Below the pieces are notes generated by a model. That model searched no databases. It had not been told where the DNA came from and saw only the letters and a list, made by a program, of their open reading frames with translations. The position numbers and the translations under genes are program-made. Shown here in pieces: positions 11,790-24,180 of a stretch of DNA of 64,000 bases. Where the stretch lies: NCBI RefSeq assembly GCF_016432865.1, contig NC_067400.1:245148001-245212000 (forward strand), given 5' to 3'. Origin of the DNA: Antechinus flavipes (taxonomy: Eukaryota). The first letter of the stretch is position 1; every line of letters starts with the position of its first letter.

Positions 11790-13990
11790 AAATTAAGAAT
11801 TTAATGATGAACATTCTTATATTTTATCATATCTTTCACTCCCCAATGATTCTAAATCTCTAAAGATAAATTTCCAAATCCCATTCCCCACTCTTTCCAT
11901 CACCTAATTCCTTATTCTTATCTCCCCTCAACTCTCCTACACTAATGTTTCATCAAACATCAGCCAGTTTTCTTGGAATGACTGTTTCATGAGCAACAAA
12001 GTTTCCTTCTTCCTAAATTTTTTCATTTCTCCTTCCTTCCATCTACTAGATATTACTGAAATCTACTTCTCCCCAGATGACAGTCTTTCCAGTACAGGCT
12101 GTACTTTCATTTATTCTCCTCAGCTCATTAATCAAGACAAGGAAGTTGAAATATTCCTTGTTTCACATCGCTACTTCCAGGTTCTTTCCTCAACTCCATT
12201 AGTCAGTGACCTCTCTTTCTTTGAAGTTTATGCAATTCATATCTACCACCCAAACAATATCTTGGTAGTCATTATCTACTGACTGCTTCCCCCTCCACCA
12301 TATTACTCCTCTTTTTCCTCAGTGAGTTCAGTGTATGGCTATAATTTCTCTCTTCTTCCCAAAAAGGAAGGTTTTTCATCTGTACCATAACTTACAATTC
12401 TTTGATCCCTCAACTCTCTAGCTGGTCAACTCTTTAGCATTAGCCACTTCCTCTTTTTGCCCCATTTTGACTCTTTGTTGTACCAATCCAACTCCATATT
12501 GTTCTTTGTTTTAAATCCCCAACTCACTTATATTGCTGATTATATTCTAGTTTATGACTTTATTATTCATCTGAAAGTAATCTCTTCAGAGTTACTGATG
12601 ATTGCTTAATTGCCAAATCTAATTGCCTTTTCTCAATCATCATCATTCTTGACCTCTCAATAGCCTTTATCACTGTCATTCCCCCTTTTCTGCTTGATAT
12701 TTTCTTCTCTCCAGCTTTTCATGACCCTTTTTTTCTCCTTGTTCTCTTCTTACTTATCTGATGGCACTTTCTCTATTTCTTTTGGTGGAATTTCATTCAC
12801 ATTACAAATGCTAACACTGGGGATCTCCCAAAGGCTATTACTATTTCCTCTTTTCTTTTCCCTCCAAATTATATCACTTGATGATCTCATCCTGCTTCCA
12901 TGGTTTTTCATTTCTATACAAATGACTTTCAAATATACTTATCCAACCCTAATGTCTCCCTAACTACATTCTCACATCTCTGACTATCTATAACTGGTTT
13001 TCCTTAGACAACCTGCACTAAATATGTCCAGAAATGAACTCATTTTCTTCCTCAGATCAAACCTTTCCCTCTTCCTAAGTTCTATGTTATTGTTGAGAGT
13101 TCTTCCAATCACCCAGGATTACAAATCATATTTTACTCTTCACTATCTTTCATTTTTCATATTCAGTTAGTGGTCAGTTCTTGATGACTTTACTTTCATA
13201 AATTTTCTCACATACTCTTTACATTTTATCCCTCTGACACTACCATCACCCTGGTGCGAATCTTCATCAATTTACTCCTGAAGTATTTCAGTAACCAGCT
13301 GATTGATCTCCCTGGCTCAAATTCCTCCCAACTCCAACATATTCTCCAACCAGCTGTCAAATTGATCTCCTTAAATGCATTCGATGTCATTTTCACTACT
13401 CAACAAACTCTAGTGGCTCCCTGTTACTTTTAAGATCAAATATAAAATCCTATTTAACTTTCAAAGCCCTTTGTAACTTGTCACTTTCTTACCTTTTCAG
13501 TTTTCTTACATACCTTATTTCTCTCCACATACTCTTTGGTCCTGTAACACTAGTCTTCTTGCTCTTCTTCAAACACAGTACTCCATGTCCCAATTTTGAA
13601 CATCTTTATTGGCTATCCTTCATACCTAGAACGCTCTCCCTCTTCATCTTTACTTCCTACATTTTCTTATTTCCCTTGAGTCTCAGTAAAAGTCCCACCT
13701 CAGCTCAAATCCCAAAATACGTTTTCCAGAACTCTTTAATTTTAATCATTTCCCTATTTGACCAGTTTATTATTTTATATAATAATAATTATTATTATTA
13801 GATCCTGTTCCCAATTTATCTTGTCTGTATCTTTTTTTATACATAGTTGTTGCATGTGGCCTCTCTCAATAGACTGTGAACTCCTTGAGAGCAGGAATTA
13901 CTTTTCTTTTATCTTTCTCTGTATTTCCAGATCTTGGCACAGTACCTGGCAAATAGTAATCACTTAATATTAGTTGGATTAATTGACTGA
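11790..13990 (+). mobile_element. L2 LINE (endonuclease, RT and 3' end)
   Basis: FEVYAIHIYHP endonuclease motif near 12220; ILDLSIAFITV (LLDLSAAFDTV-like) near 12645; L2 tail gcacagtacctggc...ttaat...gattaattgactga near 13940-13990. Confidence 0.85.
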
Positions 13991-16900
13991 CCTTTAGGAA
14001 TGGTGTTTTGTTTCTGGAGGGATTGATTTATATTGTTTTGTATGTATTGATTAATGAAGTTTGATTGCATGGATTGGGAAGTGAAAATCCAATTGGTGTT
14101 AGTATTTGTAACAATAAGTTATTTTGAAATATGCAGCATGTTACATCCCATATAATAATATGAAGTGAGCCATAAGGAGATCCACTGTAAAATAAAAATT
14201 GAAAATATATCATGTTTCTGTTTGTGGATAACATTGAATGGATTCAGTTAAACCCTAAAACATTTCAGTCTTTTGGATGGGATTCATAACTATTCAAAAG
14301 AATCTGGTCTGATAATACATGAAAGAAAGCAATCACTGATATATAGCTGGATAGACAACCTGGCAAAGTTATTCATGAGTATCCCTATCTGTCTCTATCA
14401 TTTCTCTATCCATTTATTACTATCACCTATCTTAATCTAATTGTTTATCTCAAATACTATAAATTAAGAATAGGTGAGGCTCTGAATTGAACAGTATAGT
14501 AGGCTAAATTGAGTACCTTTAATAATTTGCAAAGTAATTTTATTGGCTCTAAGCCCCTTTTTGAAACAAAGAACTTTCTTTTTAATATCACTATTGTTCC
14601 AGTGATGTTATATTGCTGAAAGACATGGAAAACTATAGTCTCTGAAGAACTACAGTGAGAATGGATTTGGAGAGAAGATGATGGGAATGGGTAGAGTTAC
14701 ATGGGTAGTATATAACAGAGGTAAACTGTGAAACAATGTTTTTATAATCTTCTAGTTATTACAATATGCTGCCTCAGCATATGGACTACACAAATTAAAC
14801 CATGATTTTCCACTCAGCTTTGTTTTCTCTGTAAAAATTGTTTTCTTCAAAAATACTTTCCTTCCATGTCATGATTATTTTAGGAGAATGACTATAAAGT
14901 ATCTTAATAACTTGTACTCATTATTTTATACTAACATTCTTATTATTCAAGATGCTTTGAGCTATTAACAGTGAACATGAACAATACAATCCTTTTGGTT
15001 TAATTTGAATCAGTTTTACAAATTTCCTGTTTCTCCTGATGGTGGGAATTCTAAGTTCCCCTATACCAATGCAAACTAGGCTAATTGTTCTTTAAAAGAT
15101 ATTGAAAGTATCTTTGAAATTTACTTTGATACTGATATAGACAACTACTGTAGCTTTATGGCCCACTGGGTACAAAATATCTAGACCACAAGGGATTGCT
15201 ATTTCTTCTTCAGGTTTGTGGCCATAGCTCAGTAACAGGAGTAATGTGGAAGTTGTACTCAGCTGTGTTTTAGCCTCTATTGGAAGGGTAAAAGTCAATC
15301 AACATTTTTGCTCAAATAAAATGACAACTTTTCTCTTGGAAAGGATTCCTAATCACACCAAAAATTTGATAAAGCAAGTAGGTTGTACAATAAACTGATG
15401 AGCTTCCTATTCATGTAAGACCATTAATCAGCTTTCTTTGTACAGAAGAATAAATCATCCAGTTAAATATAGCAGAATGCTAGTCATTAGTTGTATACGC
15501 TAGAAGAGTTATTATATAAACCAAATATGTACATTGGGGGTGGGGTGGGAGGAAGGGTTGCTGTTACTAGTAGGAGGTCTCCCTTAGAACAGTAATAAAT
15601 TTATTTTCCTTTCAATTTATTTGACCTCTAGTCAAGTAGATCATCTGGTGAGCAAGATTCTCTCTGGATTTCTCTAGGGACTTGATTAAGAAATTCCCCG
15701 ACAATGTATATCCTTCACCTGCTCTGAAAGTCCTTCTCCTGTCATAACTAAGTAAATCTCTGCTTGTTAATTGTTAAGCAGATTCTGAGTGCTTTGTTTC
15801 ATTCCAATTTCAGACTTAAATTACCAAGGAACTGGCCTGAATCAAGTCAAGTTCATGATATTTGTCAACAGTTGTGCTAGATTAAAATCAGGGATGAGCA
15901 CATTGAAATGGAGTTGGATGATGCAAAAGATGAATCCTAGGTGCATTTCTTGCTTCTGGTATAGCATCTTGAAATGATGATTTTTCCCATTTTCTCTGGG
16001 GCATTGGTGAATAAAATGCCCATGACTTTTTAGTCAATTGAAAAAATGTGGATATATTCTGTCATTAAGCATTATACCCTAAAAGACCTGCAATAAACTG
16101 TTGATGATTGAAACTGAATTCTCCTTTTTTGTAAAATAGTAACCTTCAGGCTTACTGGTTGTCTTGATTCTGAACTTCCAATCTGGTTGCTTGAGTTTCC
16201 TCCACATTCTATTAAAGAATTTCCTCAGATCTCAGTTTTCCTTGTGATAAGAAAAACTCTGGCTTAGGCTCCATCTTGAAGTTCCTGATGTCATCTGCTT
16301 GAAGCAAGCACATCATGTACCCTGCTGGTTTCAAAATCAAGCTTGAGACTTGAACTACAGTTCCAGTTTTTTTAACCTACTAGTTTCCTGTTTTTCCTCA
16401 TGGGATAATATTTATCTTCCCCTCCTGTTATCTATAAAAGTCTACTGAACACTCCCCTTTAAATTGCTTATGCAACTGAATGCTATAAAGGACCCAATGA
16501 TATTTATGTAGGACATACATTATTATAGAGATGATTATCCAGTACCGCCTTTATTCTGGGTGAATAAATGGCAGTAAAATCTTTCTTTGACTTGTCCTGC
16601 CTTATTGGCACGAGCTAGTTGATGAATTCATCCAGCACCTTCAAAACATCAGGAAGGAATTGACTTTGAGGAATGGGAATTTTTTTTTCCTTTGTAGAAA
16701 AAGACAAAGACTTTCCTTGTTGGAAGGAGTATGATTTATAGTAATCAACAAATTGTTTTTAGGGAAAGTCCATCTAATTTAGAAATAATAGGAAAAGTCC
16801 ACCTAATATAAATTTGACAGTATTTTATCTTGATGATTTAAGAGAAAACATTTATATTTTGTTAGACCTAAGATCCATTATTGTAACTTGATTGGATTAA

Positions 16901-17299
16901 TTGGGTGGGTTTTATCTCCAAAAAGTGATTCTACTTTACTAAGATTTGTGTGTGAATGAATGAGTAAAAAACTCTAGTTTTCAATAACTTATAATACCAC
17001 AAATATAGTTTCTAATATCAACCTCCCTGGGAAGGCAGCCATTACATTACATTATGATTCCCTACACTAGATTGTTGAACTTGTTAGGGAAAGAGGGAAA
17101 TTTTATTCCAATGTGCTTCTTCAGAAAGTAAGAGAGGATTCTTTCCCTCCAATTATGTGCCTAAATTTGTTTCTGTGTGGGTACCTTCCCCACTTCTGCT
17201 CTTTTTCAGCTGCGTTGTAGCTTGATAGCCTGAAAAGTCTCCCCACTTAAGCTAAACTCTTAGGGCTGTTAATCTGTCTGAACTTCTCTCAATGATTAA

Positions 17300-19375
17300 C
17301 AAATTCTTACCCAGTCAAACTCTGTCCATCCTAATGGCTGCCCCAGCAGTCATTATACAAACTGCATTTCCCTTTCTAAACTTCCCACTCTTTTATTCTT
17401 ATCCTCCTCAATTCAACCCCTTCCCAAATATTCAGCTCTGATGAGATCTACCCCTTCTATTATGTTCTTTGGAATGCTTGTCCTATCATTAAAAAACAAC
17501 AACAATAACAACAAAACAACTGGTTTTCATCTTGAACATTTTCCTTAATATGCTTCTTTCATGTTTTTATACTCCCTGAACTTGACACCCTCCCATTGAT
17601 ATAGCTTCTCAGGTCACCCTTTCCAATTCATGCTCTTGATTCACTGGTTGAGTTGGAGAAATTGTGATACTTCTTTCTCCCTATTACTACCTTCAGGCTT
17701 TCCTTTCTACTTCCATCACTCAGCAACATCTCCTCCTTTGAGGATCACCAATCTACACATACTGCTAAACTTTATACAATGATGGACATAGGCACTGAAT
17801 TCATTGAGGAGAGGAGAGAATCTTGGAGGTTGGTAGGTAATAGTTATTGGAATCTTAGTTGGGTATTAAATATGTATTGAGTGAATATTAAAGGAGGGAA
17901 GGTTACTAAGTGATGGCAGTAGAGGGAGAATCTAAAAGTGGCAATGAGGACAAAGAGTATTCCAAATCCTTTAGCATAGCTATTAATGAAGAGAGGATAT
18001 GAAATTTTGAAAGTAAAACCATTGCTGGAAAGGGTATCCAGTGCCATCTGGAAAGTACTCTGAAATTCCTTTATCTGGTAATAAAATTTTATCATTTCTT
18101 CTGTCTTATAGCACTTAACCTTATTCATCATTCATATTGTCATCTCAGGGTGTAAGAGAGAATAAAATGGTTAGTACTGTCCTATATCTTTTCTGCTCTT
18201 TGTGAATAAACTCCATTCAAAGGAACCACAACAGATGCCTCCATTTTCTTATCTCTCTCAACACTTTGAAATCCAATTTCTGATCTTATCATTCTATCAA
18301 AACTTTTCTTTTCAAAGGTTACCGTGATCTCTTAATGGTGAACTTCAATGGCATTTTCTCAATCTTCATTTTCCTAGACCTGTTCCTAGCCTTGACACAA
18401 TTGATCACTCTGTTGTTTTTACTATTGTTTCTAGGTTTTTCAGGACACTACTTCCTCTTGGTTCCTCTATATATCAGGTCATTACTCAAGTCTCTTTTAC
18501 TGGATTCTTATCCAGATCATCTCCTCTGAATGTAAATGTCTAATAGATTTCTGTCCTGAAACCTCTTCTTGTGATATTATCAGCTCCCATAGATTTAGAT
18601 ACTAACTCTTTGCTGATGATTTGCAAATTTATCCATCTTGCCATAATCTCTTAACTGCCCTCCAATATCATATTTCCAATTGCCTTTCAGATATCTGGAA
18701 TTGACTATCCAGTAGATATCTTAAACTTAACATATTCACAATTAAATCCATACTCTTTCCCATTAAATCCTTCCCTGATCCCTCAATTTCCCCAATGGAA
18801 TTATAGAGGGCAACATCCCCTTCCCAGTCCCTCAGACTGGGATGTTATCCAGATGTCATTCAGATGTTATCCCAGACTATCTCTCGACCCCCATCTTCAA
18901 TCCATTGTCACGGCCTATAGATTTTACCCTAGCTATATGTCTTAAATATGTACTTTCTCTCCTTTGCCATAACTTCATCATGCTTAATTGTTGTAATAGC
19001 TTGCTGGTTGGTCTGCTTGCCTTGAGGCTTTCCCTATTCCAATCCATCTTCATTCAGGCACCAGGTGATTTTACCTAAATTACATGTTTGATCATATCAA
19101 TACTGCCCTGCCTCTCCACCCCAATACACTCAATAAACTCCAAGAGCTGCTTATCATTTCTCTATTTGTCATTCAAAGCTTGTCATGTCCTAGCCTCCTC
19201 CTACCTTTCCATTTTTCTTAGATTTTACTTCCCACCCCATACACTTTCATCCCGTGAAACAGGTCTTCTGTCTGTTCCTCAAATATAACTCTATATCTTG
19301 ACTCCAGGCATTTTCTCTGGTTTTCCCTCACCCTTATACTCTTCCTCCTCATCCTAGCCTACTACCATATTAGAT
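17300..19375 (+). mobile_element. L2 LINE fragments (endonuclease, RT and 3' region), including a reverse-oriented endonuclease segment at ~17780-18080
   Basis: IFIFLDLFLALT (RT motif) in ORF 18335-18529; L2-type 3' text to ~19375; boundaries approximate. Confidence 0.7.
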
Positions 19376-19727
19376 TGGTAGTCAATAGGTAGATTGTTAA
19401 TCCATTCTACTTTGAAGCTCTTGTTCTGGAGTTGAACCATCTTGATTGATGATATAGTTACTTTAGACTTACCAAGTCTATTTTAGCTACCTGGATCAGA
19501 TCATGAATCACAACCAAATGAGCTAACCAGACAAGCTATTTTATCATCTATTCTATTTCATCTTCTTTAGGCATGGTGATCAATTACTACCATTGCTTCT
19601 GATATGTTCTCCCATTTTTCTCTCTTATCTCTACTCTGGGGTACAATTCTTTCTCTTTTTTTTCATTTCTTCTAAGATTATAAAAACACAATAAGAAAAC
19701 TTTATTCATTTTAAATTTGATTCTTTC

Positions 19728-20052
19728 AAGAACACTGGGAAATGAATGTAAACTGCTTGCATTTTTGTCTTTCTTCCCAGGTTACTTTTACCTTCTGAAT
19801 CCAATTCTTCCTGTGCAACAAGAGAACTGTTTGGTTCTGCACACATATGTTGTATCTAGGATACACTGCGACATATTTAACTTGTATAGAACTGCTTGCC
19901 ATCTCGGGGAGGGGGGTGAAAGGAGGAAAGGGAAAAGTCGGAACAGAAGTGAGTGCAAGGGATAATGTTGTAAAAAAAAATTACCCAGACATGGGCTCTG
20001 TCAATAAAAAGTTATGAAAAAAAAAGGAATTATTAAAAATAAATAAATAAAT
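19728..20052 (+). mobile_element. 5'-truncated L1 with 15-bp TSD
   Basis: TSD aaatttgattctttc at 19713-19727 and 20053-20067; (AAAT)n tail. Confidence 0.92.
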
Positions 20053-20069
20053 AAATTTGATTCTTTCTA

Positions 20070-21620
20070 AGGCATCCCTGAAGACATTAGGGTTGAAGAG
20101 ACACATATAATTAAAATGTAAATAGTTCATCTTTATAGTTTCTGATTGCTAATGTGTATTTTCCCTTTTTGTGTTTTTCTTGATTCCAATATTTGTATTC
20201 AGTTTCTACTCAATTCTGGTCTTTAAGACTGCTGTTAAATCTGGTATGACCCTGACTGGCTCCTCAATCCTTGAACTCTTTTTTCCTGGCTGCTTGCTTT
20301 ATTTTCCTTTTGACCTAGAAGACATTTATTTTGATTATAATGTTCCTAGGAGTTTTAATTTTTAAGCTTCAGGAAATAATTTTCTATTTTCACTTTGCCT
20401 GCTTTTCATTAAGAATGCTGCTAAATCATGTTACTACTGGGCTTATATCCCAAAGAGATTTTAAAAAAGGGAAAGCGACCTGTATGTGCAAGAATGTTTG
20501 TGGCAGCCCTCTTTATAGAGGCCAGAAACTGAAAACTGAGTGGATCCCCATCAATTGGAGAATGGCTAAATAAATTGTGGTATATGAATATTATGGAATA
20601 TTATTGTTTGGTAAGAAATGACCAACAGGATGATTTCAGAAAGTCTTGGAGAGACTTACATGAATTGATGCTGAGTGAAATGAGCAGGACCAGGAGATCA
20701 TTATGTACTTCAACAACAATATTATATGATGATCAATTCTGATGGACATGGCCATCTTCAACAATGAAATGAACTAAATCAGTTCCAATGGAGCAGGAAT
20801 GAATTGAACCAGCTACACCCAGAGAAAGAACTCTGGGAGATGACTAAGAACCATTACATAAATCCCTCTATTTTTGTCCATCTGCATTTTTTGATTTTCT
20901 TCATAGGCTAATTGTACACTATTTCAGAGTCTGATTCTTTTTGTACAGCAAAATAACAGTTTGGACATATATACTTATTTTGTATTTAATTTATACTTTA
21001 ACATATTTAACATATATTGGTCAACCTGCCATCTGGGGGAGGAGGTGGAGGAAAAGAGGGAAAAAATTGGAACAAAAGGTTTGGCAATTGTCAATGCTAT
21101 AAAATTACCCATGTATATAACTTCTAAACAAAAAGCTATTAAAAAAAAAAGAATGCTGCTAAATCTTGCATGACCCTGACTGGCTCCTTAATCCTTGAAC
21201 TCTTTTTTCTTGGCTGCTTGCTTTATTTTTCTTTTGACCTAGAAGACTTTTATTTTGGTTATTATGTTCCTAGGAATTTTCATTTTTATGCTTCAGGAGG
21301 AAACTTTCTATTTTCATTTTGTTTATTTTAATATATGAAGGCAGTTTTTCTTCTATGATTTCTTCAAATATGATATCCAGACTTAACATTTGACCACAGG
21401 TTTCAGGTAGACCAACGATTCTTAAATTCTTTCCTTGATGTATTTTCCAATTTAATTCCTTCCTCCTCCCCATCCCTGCCCAGATTAGTTGTGCATGACA
21501 AAAAATGGTTTGTTTGTACTTTTAATTTTTTTCCTATTTTTTGATTTTGCTTTAATATTTTTATTGTCTTATGGAGTCATTAACTTCTGTTTGGTTTATT
21601 CACATTTTCAAGCAATCTAT
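20070..21620 (-). mobile_element. Old L1/HAL1-type ORF1 remnant hosting the L1 above
   Basis: ORF 21270-21473 KNLRIVGLPE...SLDIIFEEIIEEKLP is an L1 ORF1 motif. Confidence 0.75.
20428..21148 (+). mobile_element. 5'-truncated L1 (ORF2 end and 3' UTR) with 17-bp TSD
   Basis: TSD aagaatgctgctaaatc at 20411-20427 and 21149-21165; poly(A) tail. Confidence 0.93.
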
Positions 21621-23294
21621 TGATTTAGTATTATAGGATCAGGATTCTTCTCTCTCTGTTTTCCCTAAAACTGGGATTAGTTTTCCCTAAAAGCCAACAA
21701 AACTTTGTCTGGGACCTGAATGGCCTCTGCCTCCCCTAATAAAGCTTACTGATCATGTGAGGGCATGCCAAGTCCTATCCATGTGGAGTCAGGGTTTCTT
21801 TAACTTGGCAAATGTCTAGAAAATAGGTGAGTTAGTTATTAGACTTTGCTCTGCTGACCAGATGGGTTTCCATGGAGACAAAGTGGGGGAAGGGAGAAAC
21901 TATGTCCAGAGAAATTAAGTGCCACTGTATTTTTTTTCATATTTTTACTATATTAGGGCATAGCAACAACATTTTGTTATGTTCAAAGACTGTCCAATGA
22001 CTTATTTTATTCTAGAATTGAACTTGGATTAATAGGATGCTAGCATTAGACTTATTGTCAATATTTGGCAAAGACAGCAACTGAAATGAGAAATGATGGC
22101 TTATATATGTTCAATCCAGAAACATCTGGAATATAGAGCAACCACAAAAAGCAAGTAGATCAGTGCTGAAAGATGTTATCTAGGAGGATAAAGAAAGGTT
22201 ACATCCAACATTTTTTCATTGTTACTAACCATCCTGCAGAAAAATTAGACTGAAAATATGTTAAGACTAACAAATGAACTGGTCCAGCTCACTTGGCAAA
22301 TAGAAATAGAAATTTTAACCTTAGGGACTGTGCAATGAAAGATAAAGGCTACATAATGGAGATGGTAACAGACTACATCTAGGAACCTACTATATGGTCG
22401 CTGTCCCAAAGGTTCCGGTTCCACTGCATTTCAATGAGATTGGAGCCATGAGTCAAAAGACAGAGAGTGGAAGTGAAGAAGAGACTTGGGCACTCTCAAT
22501 GGTGATGGAAAAAAATCATCTTATTAGTGCTCACTAGAAAGTTGATTCCCTGTATTGAGGAAGCAAGAAGGGCTTTCCTAGTTAAGAAACTTGGGAAATT
22601 TCATGAAAAGTTCAAATACAAAACTGATGAAATGGTGAAGCTCTTTAAGGCATGGTCTAAAGGAGCCAATGCTGAAATGTTCTACATAGTTCATTTCAGA
22701 GACTTCAGGAACAATCTAATGACTGCATTTTACAGTTTCATAAATTTAATGAAGCTTACAGAAAGGGATCACTCTTAGTGCCTTCTTAGGTGCTTAAGAA
22801 AGGAGGTATTCACATCTAGCTCCATAAAGATGAATTTTCATTGTAGCCGACTCCCCAGTAGGTGGTCTACTGGGAAAGAAGGGAATAAAGTTCCTAAATG
22901 AAGTAAATTTGATAAGTTGGGTTTATGTGGGTCTCCCTACAGTCTGCTATACCTTATGACTAGCTGGCCTTAGGGGCAATTAAATGCCACCTTCAAGGTA
23001 AAGTCCTACCAGAATGGTTTCAGAATTTAGTCTTGGGAGTCCTTTACCATAAAACTATTCTGATGTGGACTGATCATTTGGTGAAATTTGAACAAGATGT
23101 TGAGACAGCCATGGCATGGAAAGATGCTGCTGTCAATATGAATAGGTGCATTGATAATAGTGGAGAAGTCATGGAGCCCAACAGGCTTGCAGGTGGGCAG
23201 AAGTCAATGATTGTTGTCATCTCAATTGTGTTACACTCAGTAACCTCCTTTGGAGTTTTCTTGACAAACTTACTAAAGTGTTTTTCCATTTCCT

Positions 23295-23412
23295 TCTTCA
23301 GCTTGCTCAGTGACTTGCCTGGGGTCATACAGCTAGTAAGTTTGAAGCCAGATTTGAAGGAAGAGAAGTTCACCTGACTCCAGTCTTGGTATTCTATTTA
23401 CTATACCATCTA
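23295..23412 (-). mobile_element. CORE-SINE fragment inside the ERV-L remnant
   Basis: gtgacttgcctggggtcatacagctagtaag...ccagatttgaa...cctgactccag is the reverse of the SINE head. Confidence 0.75.
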
Positions 23413-23798
23413 GAGGTGTGATTCCTGAAACATGGGGATAAGAAAGGAATTGATTGCTAGTCCTCATGGATGCTAGCAAAACTCTATAGGAAAATTCTGT
23501 ATCCTGGCAGTAGATGCTCTTGAATCATGTCAAGATGAATCTTGAATCATGAAGCAAAGACAATCCCTAAAACCTTAGGCTCATTTGGAACACCCTGAGG
23601 AGATTAAAGAAGGAAGAATATGGAGAAAATGATATTACATATTTTGTGGAGACAGAATATATGTGAGACCTTTCAGCAACTATGTGTTACTGTAGTCAAC
23701 TGAACAATAGTTAACGCTGAAGGATATTAAGTGTGAAAGAAATTTCATTTCTAGTAATGCAGATAAAGAAAGTTGGAATACTTTGTTATACCAGCTCC

Positions 23799-24180
23799 TG
23801 GAGAGAGCCAGAACTCTGGAGAAGTATACTTGAAATAAGAATACTTACAACAAGGTGTTAACTCAATGGAATTGATAAGATGATGGTTCTTTAGTATACA
23901 TATTCTTAGTACTTAGCATGGTGATGTAATGATTCTCTAATTCACACATATCCACTATGTTGTAATGATGTAATTGTAATAGGGTATTTAAAGGCTGAGA
24001 ATTCCATTTTTGACCATCCTCCTGGTGGCTCTCCTGCCTCCTGCACTTGTTCACTAAGATCAAGATTGGGCCAGAATAAAGAATCTAGACTCTATGCCTG
24101 ATCAATCTTGTGATGTCTGTCCTGCTGATGAGACCAAGGCTCATCCGAAGGACCTTCAGAAAGCTAGCCTGAACATTATA
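23799..24180 (+). mobile_element. Solo LTR (382 bp) with 6-bp TSD, suggesting class II/betaretrovirus-like origin
   Basis: TSD agctcc at 23793-23798 and 24181-24186; TATA-like gtatttaaag near 23985; AATAAA near 24075; end cattata (decayed CA). Confidence 0.85.
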
